Below, in pieces: positions 26,908 to 37,400 of a stretch of 56,533 nucleotides of DNA. The notes beneath the pieces are model-generated. The model was not told the DNA's origin. It searched no databases and saw only the letters and a program-made list of their open reading frames with translations. A program made the position numbers and the translations under genes. The stretch comes from Candidatus Methanomethylophilaceae archaeon (GTDB taxonomy: Archaea > Thermoplasmatota > Thermoplasmata > Methanomassiliicoccales > Methanomethylophilaceae): positions 1-56,533 of the forward strand of contig JAQVOB010000001.1 of assembly GCA_028702835.1 (NCBI GenBank), in the 5' to 3' direction. How positions within the stretch are numbered: position 1 is the first letter of the stretch; every line of letters begins with the position of its first letter.

Positions 26908-27978
26908 TTGAGCAGAAGATTATTCACCGTCGGTCCTGTCAATGTAGAGCCCGAGGTGCTGCAGTCCACGACCAAACCGATGATCACGCACCGCAGCAAA
27001 GAGTACAAACAGTTGCATGGCAACATCGTCGAGAAGATAAGGAAGGCCCTGGGAACGGACATGAACGTGTTCCTGCTGGGCGGTTCCGCCACAGTGCTCA
27101 TCGAAGGATCGGTGAGGAACGCCGTCTCGAAGAAATGCCTGAGCATAACGAGCGGTTCCTTCGGGGAGCGAATGATCGACTGCGCCACATACAACGGCAA
27201 AGAGGTCGTCACGGTGAAGGTCCCCTGGGGTCGGGCCATGAGGCCGTTCCACATAGAGGGGAAGGTCAAGGAAGACATAGAATCCGTCAATTGGGTCAGC
27301 AACGAATCCTCCACAGGAGTGCTGAGCGACAGTGTGGCCATTGCAGACGAGGTGAGGAAGCAGAACCCCGATGCGATGATCATAGTCGATGCGGTGACGT
27401 CTGCCTTCGCCGCAGATCTCAAAGTGGATAAGATGGGTGCTGATGCCATAGTTTTCGGGACACAGAAGGCCCTTGCGCTACCTCCCGGCCTGGCTATCGG
27501 GCTCATAAGCGACAGGATAATAGAACGCTCGGCGAAAATACCGAATAACGGTTATTATACCAACTTCCAAAAGCTGAAGAAGAACGCAGACGAGAATTAC
27601 GCCCTGACGACGCCCCCGGTATCTCTGCTGTACGGATTGGACTATCAGTTGGACAGAGCGCTGTCGGAGGGCATGACCGCCAGGTACAGGAGGCATGATA
27701 AGATGGCCTCCATGGTTGAGAAATGGGCTGATGAGAATCTCAACGGTCTTTTCCCGGAGGAGGGCAGCAGGTCCAAGACCATAGGTGTGCTCAATCGCGG
27801 AGAACTTGATTTCGATGCATTCCACAAGGCCCTGAAGGCTAAAGGCTACGAGATATCCAACGGATACGGGGAGGTCAAGTCCTCGACATTCAGGATAGGG
27901 CATATGGGTGACGTCACCCCGGATACGCTGGCGGAGCTGCTTGACACAATGAAAGGAATAATGGAGGAGATGAAATGA
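26908..27978 (+). CDS. Class V aminotransferase (phosphoserine / serine-glyoxylate aminotransferase family)
   Basis: Class V fold motifs (IIVDAVTS, FGTQKALALPPGLA with the PLP lysine). TTG start with GAGGAG SD. ATGA overlap with serA suggests a phosphoserine aminotransferase role. Confidence 0.75.
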   Translation: MSRRLFTVGPVNVEPEVLQSTTKPMITHRSKEYKQLHGNIVEKIRKALGTDMNVFLLGGSATVLIEGSVRNAVSKKCLSITSGSFGERMIDCATYNGKEVVTVKVPWGRAMRPFHIEGKVKEDIESVNWVSNESSTGVLSDSVAIADEVRKQNPDAMIIVDAVTSAFAADLKVDKMGADAIVFGTQKALALPPGLAIGLISDRIIERSAKIPNNGYYTNFQKLKKNADENYALTTPPVSLLYGLDYQLDRALSEGMTARYRRHDKMASMVEKWADENLNGLFPEEGSRSKTIGVLNRGELDFDAFHKALKAKGYEISNGYGEVKSSTFRIGHMGDVTPDTLAELLDTMKGIMEEMK

Positions 27979-29555
27979 AGGTTCTTGTTTCGGATCCCCT
28001 GTCCGATGAAGGGATCAAGATCCTCGTCGACGCGGGGATAAAAACGGATGTTAAAACAGGTCTGTCGGAGGATGCGCTCTGCGCTATAATCGGAGAATAC
28101 GACGGTCTGGTCATAAGAAGCGGCACGAAAGTGACCAGGAAGATCCTGGATGCCGCGAAGAATCTCAAGGCGGTGGGACGTGCCGGTGTTGGGGTGGACA
28201 ATGTGGACATACCCGCAGCCACCGAGAAGGGGATACTCGTAATGAATACCCCTGCCGCGAACATAGTATCGGCGGCCGAGCACTCCTGCGCGCTCATATT
28301 GTCAACGGCCAGGAATATCCCCTGGGCCCATGCGTCAATGCATGCGGGTAAATGGGAGAGGAACAAGTTCGTAGGCAAGGAGCTCAACGGGAAGACCCTT
28401 GGGATTATAGGCGTAGGCCGCGTAGGCGGGGAGGTCGCCAAGCGCCTGAAGCATTTCAACATGGAGATAATAGGTTACGATCCGTTCCTGCCGAAGGACG
28501 TTGCGGACAGCATCGGCGTTCGCCTTACGGACCTGGAAGAGGTCCTCAGGAAGTCGGATGTGATGACCATCCACACACCTCTGCTCCCGGACACCAGGAA
28601 CATGATAAGCAAGAAGCAGTTCGAGATGATGAAGCCCAATGCCATGCTGGTCAACGTTGCCCGCGGCGGGATCGTCGACGAGAAAGCGCTGTACGAAGCC
28701 CTCAAATCCAAGAGGATCGCTGCGGCAGCAGTCGACGTATGGGTGGAAGAGCCCCTTTGCGAATCTGAGAAGTGCCTCCTGGAGCTGGACAACCTGGTGA
28801 CAACGCCCCACTTGGGGGCGAGCACCGAAGAGGCCCAGGAGAGGGTCGCTGTAGAGATAGCCCATTCCATGGTCAGGTTCCTCAAGGAGGACACGATCGA
28901 CAGCGCCGTTAACGCGCCCAAAGGAAAGCTCGATCCAGAAACGGCAGCATACCTTCCGCTGGCAGAGGACCTGGGAATAGTGGCCCATCAGGTGAACGGT
29001 GCAAGACCGATCGACAAGCTGGAGATCATAGCGTGCGGGGAGACCTCCAAGTTGGATATCCGCAGGCTCTCCACATCCGTGGTCATCGGTGTGCTTCAGA
29101 ACATAATCGGCGAGAAGGCCAATATGATCAATGCCATGAGCATAGCCAAGGGAAAAGGCATATCCGTCATGGAATCCAAAGGGGATGACAACACTATATA
29201 CGACGGGACCCTAACTGTAAAGGTAACGTCCGGCAGCGAGACCACCATGGTCCGCGGTACGGTGTTCGCAGGAATACCCAGGCTCGTAGGGGTCAACGGA
29301 TACTCCTTCGAGATGGCCATGACCTCCGACCTGATAATCACCCGTTACACGGACAGGCCCGGAGTGATAGGGTCCGTGGGCAGGATACTCGGTGACGCCA
29401 ACATAAACGTGGCACAGATGACCGTCGGCAGATCGTCCCCAAGCGGGGATGCGGTCATGATAATGGCAGTGGACGGTAAGGTGCCGCCGGCAATAGTGTC
29501 CAAGATCGATTCCGAGATAGGCTCGAACATAACGAGATACATAAGCCTACTCTGA
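27975..29555 (+). CDS. serA: D-3-phosphoglycerate dehydrogenase (long form with ACT domain)
   Basis: NAD motif GIIGVGRVGGEVA, 2-hydroxyacid dehydrogenase signatures (NVARGGIVDE, TPHLGAST), and a C-terminal ACT domain. 526 aa. Confidence 0.9.
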   Translation: MKVLVSDPLSDEGIKILVDAGIKTDVKTGLSEDALCAIIGEYDGLVIRSGTKVTRKILDAAKNLKAVGRAGVGVDNVDIPAATEKGILVMNTPAANIVSAAEHSCALILSTARNIPWAHASMHAGKWERNKFVGKELNGKTLGIIGVGRVGGEVAKRLKHFNMEIIGYDPFLPKDVADSIGVRLTDLEEVLRKSDVMTIHTPLLPDTRNMISKKQFEMMKPNAMLVNVARGGIVDEKALYEALKSKRIAAAAVDVWVEEPLCESEKCLLELDNLVTTPHLGASTEEAQERVAVEIAHSMVRFLKEDTIDSAVNAPKGKLDPETAAYLPLAEDLGIVAHQVNGARPIDKLEIIACGETSKLDIRRLSTSVVIGVLQNIIGEKANMINAMSIAKGKGISVMESKGDDNTIYDGTLTVKVTSGSETTMVRGTVFAGIPRLVGVNGYSFEMAMTSDLIITRYTDRPGVIGSVGRILGDANINVAQMTVGRSSPSGDAVMIMAVDGKVPPAIVSKIDSEIGSNITRYISLL

Positions 29556-29563
29556 GGTGGGAA

Positions 29564-29953
29564 ATGACAGGCATAATCACAGTAGAGGAACTGACCCAGG
29601 CGATAAAGAACAGTCCCAATAACAGAGGGATCGACGAGGAAGAGGCCAGCGACCTGGCTCTTCACGTCCTCAATTTCTTCGGATACTCCGAGAGGATAAT
29701 CGACAACATACTGGAGCCGGAGGACAGGGACGCCTTCTACATGCTGGAGGACAATGCCATACTCACCACCGAGAGAGAGGAGACCACCCTCTACGATGGA
29801 AGAGAGTGGAGGATACACTACTGGCTCTTCAGACGCGATAAGATCGATGAGCTCGCTGAGAACAGAACCAAGAGCGTGGAGAAGGAGACGGAGAACATGT
29901 CGGTCTACGACGATCTCCCCGATGACATCTGGAGTCGCGGAAGCGAACAGTGA
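29564..29953 (+). CDS. Hypothetical small acidic protein
   Basis: 129-aa clean ORF. The ATG is preceded by GAGGTGG and lies 9 nt after the serA stop. No family recognised. Confidence 0.5.
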   Translation: MTGIITVEELTQAIKNSPNNRGIDEEEASDLALHVLNFFGYSERIIDNILEPEDRDAFYMLEDNAILTTEREETTLYDGREWRIHYWLFRRDKIDELAENRTKSVEKETENMSVYDDLPDDIWSRGSEQ

Positions 29954-30016
29954 TCCCGGGCCGTCTTCGGCCACCTCCCCTTCATCCTTTTTATACTTGG
30001 AAGCAAAGACGTCCCT

Positions 30017-31897
30017 ATGGACGTCTTCCCCTACAGGTACCGCTGTCATCAGCGCGATATCGTGGAGTTCGTGAAGGCCTCCGTATCCAACGGCAGCACA
30101 GCCGTCATGGAATCACCCACAGGGACGGGTAAGACGGTGTGCTCCCTGTCCGGCGCCCTATCCGAGGCGATGGAAGCCGGCAGGAAGGTGCTGTTCCTCA
30201 CAAGGACCAAGTCCCAGCAGAGTCAGGTCATTTCCGAGCTCAGGGCCATCTCAAAGCGGATGCATGTGTTCGGAGTTGCCATGCAGGGCCGTACACCATC
30301 CACGTGCCCGTCTATTTCAGGAGACCCAGAGCTTTCGTCCGGTTCCTCTGAAGAGCTCTCCAAGTATTGCTCTGCCATGAAGAAGGAGGAGTGCGGGGAA
30401 AGGGGCTGCAAGTTCTTCGACAGAATGTGCCAGGATGGCATAGATGATGTTATAGATCACATGAGAAAGACCATGCCTGAGCCGGAGGAGCTGCAGGAAT
30501 ACTGTGCAGATCGGGGCATATGCCCCTATGAAACGGCGAAAGCCGCCCTTACATATGCTGACGTGATCGCGGTCCCCTACTCCTTCTTCGCGATACCGGA
30601 CATCAGGAGGCGTCTGGAGGATTGGGGGAATTTTGCCCTTTCTGACGTCACGGTGATAGTGGACGAGGCCCATAATCTTCCGGATTATCTGCGGGAGGTC
30701 ATGACCTCAGAGTACACAATGAAGGCACTGGGTCTTGCGGAGAAAGAGGCGGGGGAATGGAACGACCCTCTGTTGTGCGAAGGGATCAGGGCAACGATGC
30801 TCACTGCAGCCATCGGCTCCGCTTTGGCGGAGGCAGTAGAGGAATTCGTTGTGGATGAGGATGCTATGCTCCCGCCTTATTATCTGCAGGATGCGCTCAT
30901 GGGGAAGCTGGGGGTGACCTCGGCATCTCTGGACCGGGCCTATAAATCCCTGGTGGAGATGGGCGAGGTGGTAACAGAGAGCAAGAAGGCCCGCAGGAAG
31001 CTTCCGAGATCGTACATGGGCTCCCTGGGGAGGTTTCTGCAGTTCTGGGGCCGGTGTGAGGACGAGATATATGTGAAGCTCGTGAACGGAGGTGACAATC
31101 CCTCTTTTGAGGCGTACTGCATGGACCCGGCACCGGCCGCAGAGCCCTTCAGGACATGTCATTCCTCCGTCCATATGTCAGGAACCATGGGCCCGCTGGA
31201 TGAGTACGTCTCAGAGCTGGATCTGAGAAGAGCAAGGATCCAGATGTTCGAATCTCCCTTTGATCCCGGGAATCTAATGACCGTTTACGCTGAGGATGTT
31301 ACCACGAAGTTCGGGGAGTTCGAAGACCGGGAGAACAGGGACAGGATGATGTACCGCATAGTCTCACTCGTAAGGTCCGTGGACAGGAACACCGCCGTAT
31401 TCTTCCCGTCGTACAGGATAATGGACGAACTGCTGTCCTTGGGTCTTGCGGAGCTTATCGACAGGCCAACGTTCATGGAGGTGAGGGGGATGGATCAATC
31501 CGATCTCACTGATGAGATAGGAAGGTTCAGGTCAGCTGAGGGGGCCGTGCTCTTCGCAGTTTCCGGAGGAAGGGTCAGCGAGGGCATAGACTTCCCCGAC
31601 AGGGAGCTGGAGATGGCCGTGATAATCGGAATACCCTATGCGTTCATGAGCGTTAAGCAGAAGGCCCTGGTACGATATACGGACATAAGGCTCGGAAACG
31701 GCTGGGAGAGGATAGTGAGGGCCCCTGCGGTCAGGAAGATGAGGCAGGCAAGGGGCAGGCTTATACGGTCCGATACCGACAGAGGGTTCTGTGCAGTGCT
31801 GGACAGGCGGGCGGCGGGTCTGAAAGGCTTCGATGCCTCGCCGTCCGAGAACCCCGCCGAGGATGCTGTGGCCTTTTTCTCAGGCAAAAACAATTAA
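30017..31897 (+). CDS. xpd: XPD/Rad3-family 5'-3' DNA helicase (FeS domain)
   Basis: Walker A ESPTGTGKT, DEAH box VDEAHNL, a four-Cys cluster region (C..C..C....C between motifs I and II), and C-terminal motifs (RGRLIRS). Confidence 0.85.
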   Translation: MDVFPYRYRCHQRDIVEFVKASVSNGSTAVMESPTGTGKTVCSLSGALSEAMEAGRKVLFLTRTKSQQSQVISELRAISKRMHVFGVAMQGRTPSTCPSISGDPELSSGSSEELSKYCSAMKKEECGERGCKFFDRMCQDGIDDVIDHMRKTMPEPEELQEYCADRGICPYETAKAALTYADVIAVPYSFFAIPDIRRRLEDWGNFALSDVTVIVDEAHNLPDYLREVMTSEYTMKALGLAEKEAGEWNDPLLCEGIRATMLTAAIGSALAEAVEEFVVDEDAMLPPYYLQDALMGKLGVTSASLDRAYKSLVEMGEVVTESKKARRKLPRSYMGSLGRFLQFWGRCEDEIYVKLVNGGDNPSFEAYCMDPAPAAEPFRTCHSSVHMSGTMGPLDEYVSELDLRRARIQMFESPFDPGNLMTVYAEDVTTKFGEFEDRENRDRMMYRIVSLVRSVDRNTAVFFPSYRIMDELLSLGLAELIDRPTFMEVRGMDQSDLTDEIGRFRSAEGAVLFAVSGGRVSEGIDFPDRELEMAVIIGIPYAFMSVKQKALVRYTDIRLGNGWERIVRAPAVRKMRQARGRLIRSDTDRGFCAVLDRRAAGLKGFDASPSENPAEDAVAFFSGKNN

Positions 31898-31931
31898 ACC
31901 GTTGCCCTGCCTACCTGCGATAAGGCGAAAC

Positions 31932-32504
31932 ATGACCGCATTGGAGATCTTGTTGGCAGTTCTGGTGGGACTCTGGGTTTTCGTGCCTGCGCTTCTTCCC
32001 AACCCCGCCGCGGTGATATTCGGCGGCGGGAAGCCCGTGGATTTCGGAAGGACCTGGAAAGGAAAAAGGATATTGGGGGACGGCAAGACCTGGCGCGGTC
32101 TCTTCGGAGGTGCATTCGCAGGGGTGGCCATAGGTCTGATGCAGATAGGCATCGCGTACCTGTTCGACTCCCCGGACCTCTGGGGTTTCGGGCCGCTGTG
32201 GTCTAGCATAGGCATATTGTTCACGTTGTCCTTCGGGGCAGTCCTGGGGGATATGGGCGGGTCCGTGATAAAGAGGAGGATGGGCAAGGAGAGGGGGGCA
32301 GAGATGCCGATTCTGGACCAGTATGATTTCCTGATAGGCGCATTCCTTCTGACGGCGCTCTTCTATCCCAATTGGATATACTCCGTCTATATCGAAGGAT
32401 GGAATATACTGGCACTTATCTTCCTGTTGCTGATCACATATATGCTCCACAGGGTGGTCAATATCATAGGGTACAAGGCGGGTGTTAAGAATGAGCCATG
32501 GTGA
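31932..32504 (+). CDS. carS: CDP-archaeol synthase
   Basis: DUF46-type membrane protein: PVDFGRTWKGKRILGDGKTWRG is the conserved CarS loop. About 5 TM, 190 aa. Confidence 0.8.
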   Translation: MTALEILLAVLVGLWVFVPALLPNPAAVIFGGGKPVDFGRTWKGKRILGDGKTWRGLFGGAFAGVAIGLMQIGIAYLFDSPDLWGFGPLWSSIGILFTLSFGAVLGDMGGSVIKRRMGKERGAEMPILDQYDFLIGAFLLTALFYPNWIYSVYIEGWNILALIFLLLITYMLHRVVNIIGYKAGVKNEPW

Positions 32505-33036
32505 GGGAAGGCTGTCCAAGGCGCTGAGAGAATGCGGTGCCCTGCAGTTCGGTGATTTCGTTCTGGCCTCAGGTGCCAGGAGCGAGTATTACATTGACAT
32601 AAAGAAAGCGTCCACTGACCCGGCGGTCCTGAGGATAATCGCAGAGGAGATGGCCGCCAGGATGAAGGAGGACGGCCTAAAGCCGGACAGGATCGCAGGC
32701 GTGGTCCTGGGCTCTGTGCCTTTGGCTGCAGCCTTGGCCCTGGAGACCGGGATACCATATGTGATGGTCCGAAAGGAGAAGAAGGACCACGGGACCGGCA
32801 AGCTCATAGAAGGCACCCTCTGCGAAGGGGACAGTGTGCTCGTGGTCGAGGATGTGGTCACTTCCGCAGGGTCCAGCATCTCTGCGATAGGCACTCTTCG
32901 GGGTGCCGGGGCGAAGGTATCCGATATCATATCCGTAATAGACAGAGAGGCCGGCGGCAGCGATGCTCTGGCAGGCATAGGAGTGACCCTGCACCCTCTG
33001 GTAACGGCATCCGGCATATTGGGCCGGAGGAAATGA
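32491..33036 (+). CDS. pyrE: Orotate phosphoribosyltransferase
   Basis: GALQFGDFVLASGARSEYYIDIK and the PRPP loop VLVVEDVVTSAGS. The ATG at 32491 overlaps the carS end by 14 nt. Alternative GTG at 32482. Confidence 0.88.
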   Translation: MSHGEGRLSKALRECGALQFGDFVLASGARSEYYIDIKKASTDPAVLRIIAEEMAARMKEDGLKPDRIAGVVLGSVPLAAALALETGIPYVMVRKEKKDHGTGKLIEGTLCEGDSVLVVEDVVTSAGSSISAIGTLRGAGAKVSDIISVIDREAGGSDALAGIGVTLHPLVTASGILGRRK

Positions 33037-33569
33037 TGAGGCCGGATCCGGACTGCAGGCTTTGCGGCCTGTGGGAGGGCAGGACGAAGATAGTCCTTCC
33101 GTCCGGGGACCCGAATTCCAGAGTGGCTCTCGTGGGGGAGGCACCCGGGGCCACGGAGGATGCGGACGGAGCGCCCTTTGTTGGAAGGTCCGGGAAGCGT
33201 CTTACGCGGATACTTGCAGAAGCGGGGGTCGACCGCAATGACCTGTTGATAACGAACACAGTCAAGTGCAGGCCTCCCGGCAACAGGGACCCGAAGCATT
33301 CTGAGATGTCCGCATGCAGAGTCTTCCTTGAAGGGGAACTATCCTCATGCGAGGTGATCGTCGGACTGGGGAGATCGGCCTGCAAGGATCTTCTTGGTTA
33401 TTCGGTTAACATGTCCGAGGTCGCTAACAAGGATATGCGGATCACCATCGGAGGCAGGGAGGTCGTTTTCATACCCACATTCCATCCTGCTGCATGCGCT
33501 TACGGGAAAGCGGCCCAGGACGGTCTGAGGATAACTGCGGAGAGAATAGCCAGGGAGCTGAAACCATGA
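33033..33569 (+). CDS. udg: Uracil-DNA glycosylase, family 4
   Basis: CRLC N-terminal Cys pair, GEAPGATEDADGAPFVGRSGKRL, and the HPA motif near the C-terminus. ATGA overlap with pyrE. Confidence 0.85.
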   Translation: MMRPDPDCRLCGLWEGRTKIVLPSGDPNSRVALVGEAPGATEDADGAPFVGRSGKRLTRILAEAGVDRNDLLITNTVKCRPPGNRDPKHSEMSACRVFLEGELSSCEVIVGLGRSACKDLLGYSVNMSEVANKDMRITIGGREVVFIPTFHPAACAYGKAAQDGLRITAERIARELKP

Positions 33570-34342
33570 TAGCCTTCGCCTTGGATATGGACGGCACGGT
33601 CTATAAGGGAGAGAAGATGATCCCCGGGGCCGCGGGTTTCGTTTCCTTCCTGAAAGAGAGGGGAATCCCCTTTGTTTTCCTGACCAACAACTCCTCCCAT
33701 GGGAGAGGCTTCTATCTTCAGAGATTGAAGAGGATGGGATTCGATGTCTCCTTGGAGAACATCCTCACATCAACCACGGCAACCGCAGGATACCTGAGGT
33801 CCGTCCATCCGGGCAGGAGCGTCTATCCTGTGGGTGTGGTGGATTTGGTGAACGAGATCTCTGAGGCGGGCATAGAGATAGATGAGGAGGACCCGGACAT
33901 AGTCCTGTTGGCCTTCGATACGTCGATAACCTATGAGAAGATCAACAAAGCCTATCGCTTCCTGAAGAACGGGTCCTTGTTCGTAGCGACCCATCCCGAC
34001 GATCTGTGCCCTACCGAGGACGGGTACGACATAGACATCGGCCCGTTCATAAGGATGTTCGAGTCCATGACGGGAGCCGTAGCCGAGATCGTGGGCAAGC
34101 CTGACCGGCGGATGCTGGAGATGGCAGCGGAGAAAATGGGTGTGAAGACCCGGGAGGTGGTGATGGTGGGAGACCGCATCTACACAGATATGAGGATGGC
34201 GGAGAATGCCGGTACCAGGTCCGTGCTCGTGCTCTCCGGGGAGGCGACCAGAGAGGACCTTAAGGAATCGGGTCTGTCGCCCACTGCAGTCGTGGGCTCT
34301 GTGGCAGAGATACCCGCTCTGATAGAGAAATCTGCCCTGTAG
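33566..34342 (+). CDS. HAD-IIA family phosphatase (NagD-like)
   Basis: DMDGTVY (motif I), FLTNNSS (motif II), GDRIYTDM (motif IV). ATGA overlap with udg. Confidence 0.8.
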   Translation: MIAFALDMDGTVYKGEKMIPGAAGFVSFLKERGIPFVFLTNNSSHGRGFYLQRLKRMGFDVSLENILTSTTATAGYLRSVHPGRSVYPVGVVDLVNEISEAGIEIDEEDPDIVLLAFDTSITYEKINKAYRFLKNGSLFVATHPDDLCPTEDGYDIDIGPFIRMFESMTGAVAEIVGKPDRRMLEMAAEKMGVKTREVVMVGDRIYTDMRMAENAGTRSVLVLSGEATREDLKESGLSPTAVVGSVAEIPALIEKSAL

Positions 34343-34473
34343 CAGAGCCAGTAAGGTGTTTTCTTAAAAACATATTTATACCGTTTTTCGCGATAACATA
34401 CCCACCTGCGAAAGCGGGAAATGGGATGCAATAGGGGCCGAGCTCCGAACTGTCCCCCAAAAGGGGTGCACAA

Positions 34474-37400
34474 GTGTACTTAAAGCAGGTTGAGCTAGAG
34501 AACTTCAAGTCCTTCGGGGGTAAGATGACGATACCCCTGGTCGAAGGGTATATGGCCGTCACCGGGCCGAATGGTTCGGGCAAGTCCAACATAACGGATG
34601 CAATACTGTTCGTTCTCGGACCTAAAAGCTCCAAGGCGATCAGGGCGGGCAGACTGACAGACCTCATATTCGACGGCGGCAAGAGCAAGAACAGGGCAGA
34701 TTTCACCAAGGTCTCCCTGATATTCGATAACACAGACCGTATGATATCCTGGGATTCCGACACGGTGAAGCTCACCAGGTTGGTGAGATTCACCTCGGAC
34801 AGGGAGAATTACAATTCATATTTCTACGTCAACGATCAGAAATCGTCCATGGGCGAGTTCGACAGCCTTCTCACCAGGGCAAGGATCAGCGCCGACGGAT
34901 ACAACATGGTTCAGCAGGGGGACGTCACGAGGATCGTCACCATGGGCAACATCGAGAGAAGGCGCGTCGTTGATTCGATATCAGGCATAGCCAGCTACGA
35001 TGAGGACATCTCCAAGGCCGCCAACGAGAGGCAGGAGGCGGAGATGAATCTGGAGCGCATAAACATAGTCATAGGCGAGCTGGAGAGGCAGCTCGAGCAG
35101 CTTGAGAAGGACATGGAGTCCGCCAAGAAGTATCTGGAGTCCCAGCGCCGCATGGAGATGGCAAAGGCCCAGTCAGTGCATAGGCAGCTGGAAACGGCAG
35201 AGGCCGATCTTGAGTACACAAAGGAGCAGATCGCCGTTCACGATAACGAGATATCCGAACTTAGGGACAAGAGGGAGGAGCTCAGGAAGAGGATATCCGA
35301 TTTGGAGACCGAGATAAAGGATAAGGAAGCCGAGATAGAGGCTCAGGTCGGTCCCGAATATCGCACTCTGAAGGATAAGATCGAATCTGTCAAGATAGCC
35401 ATGGCGACATTCGCAGACCGCATGGAGAGGGCGGCCGATGACAAGGAAGAGCAGGAAAGGTCCCTGAGCATATCCAAGCAGATGCTGGCGGAAGCCGAGA
35501 AGAGCATCGGGTCCTGCATCCGGGAGATGGAGGACAACGAGATCGCCCTCAAGCTGAAGAGCGGGGAGCTGAAGGAGGCCAAGGCCGAGGCGGCCCGCAT
35601 AAGCGAGGAGATGAGCAGCAAGGGTGGGGAGCACACGGAGCTCCAGGAGAGGTTGGTCAGAGTTGAGAAGGCCATCGATGAGAAAGGGTCCGCAGAGCAC
35701 AGGGCCAGCATCGATGCTGCTACGGCGGAGACGGCGGAAGAGGAGGCATCACGATCCCTGGCGTCCCTTGAGGAGCAGGTCAACGGAGTGGGCTTCGAGA
35801 TAAAGGATTGCGAGTGGAGCATCAAGAGAGCGAAAGAGGATGCAGGGCCCGTTTCCGATGTCAAGACATTCACAGAGAAGATATTGGCCGCCAAGAGGGA
35901 GGAAGCAGAGCTCGAGAAGCAGGAGGCCGACCTCAACAGCGCCATACGCAGGATAAGCGAGGAGTACAACAGCCTGCTGGCGGAGAAGAAGGTCACCGAG
36001 AGGGTGACCAGAGGTGCCAATGCGGTCATGGCGGTCCTTGAGATGAGGGACAAGGGCGCACTTAAGGGAATACACGGGACGATAATGGAGCTCGGGACCG
36101 TGGATCCTGAATACGAGACGGCGCTGTCCATAGCCGCAGGCGGTAAGATGCAGGCCATAGTCGTTGATGACGATCAAGTCGCCGCAGATGCCATAGCGGT
36201 TCTCAAGAAGGGCAACCTGGGAAGGGCAACATTCCTGCCGCTCAACAAGATGATGGACGGTAAGCCCCGGGCCAAGGCCATAATGTCGGTCAAGGATTCC
36301 GAGGGCTACGCCATTGACCTGGTGGATTTCGACGAGAAGTACAGGTCCGCATTCTGGTACGTCTTCGGGGATACGCTGGTGGTCAGGAACATGGACCAGG
36401 GTAGGCGCCTTATGGGCGGTATCAGGATCGTCACCATGGACGGCGATCTGATAGAAGCCTCCGGAGCCATGGTCGGGGGTGCCGTGAACAAGCAGGCCAC
36501 CCTCAAGTTCGGAACAACATCCCAATCAAGACTGGACACGGTCTCTGCAGAACTAAGGGCAGCCAATGAGTCCCTGGACACGTTGCGCATCAAGATGAGG
36601 GCTCTGCGCGACAGCATCCGCGAGATGGACAATCAGATGAGGTCCGTCAACGCGGGCAGCATGGAGCTCCAGAGCAAACTGGGCAAGCTTGAGGCACAGC
36701 TCAAAGAGCTCAACGATAAGAGGAAACGTCTGACCTCCGAGGCTGCGACGAAGAGGGACGCACTCTCTGAGGCCAAAGAGGTCAATTCCAAGGCGGTCTC
36801 CGAGCTGGCGAAGATCACATCAGAATTGGAGGACCTTAGGGCGGAGCGCACGGCCATAAGGGATCGTATAGCCGAGATAGCGCCTGCCGAGATGCAGGAG
36901 AGGATACAGAGGATAAGGGACTCGGTATACGAGCTCACGAACCAGGTATCCGAGCTGACCACTGAGAAGGCTACGCTGGCTGCTGAGAAGTCCGGCCATG
37001 ACAGTCACCTCTCATCGATCAAGACGGAGATCGTCAAGATCAGCAAGAAGATAGAGCTGGACTCGGAATCGATACAGAGGGCCTCTGATGAGAATGACAA
37101 GAAGAGAGTGGAGCTGAATGCTCTGAGGATAATCGAGGCTGAGATGGAGAGCGGCATAAAGGGCCTCCGTGATGTCAAGGACAGTCTCCTCGAGAGCAAG
37201 ATCAAGGCGGAAGGGCAGAGAGATAACGTTTTTGATAAGATGGAGACCAAAACATCCTTCAAGCTGAGCCTGGAGGCTAAAGTCGCCATAACAGAGGAGA
37301 GCATCCGTCAGCTGAGGGAGGAGGTCTCCCAGATAGGGTTCGAGGTCGAGCGCCCAATACCCTCAGAAGAGGAGCTGCGCCGGACGATAAGATCCTGCGA

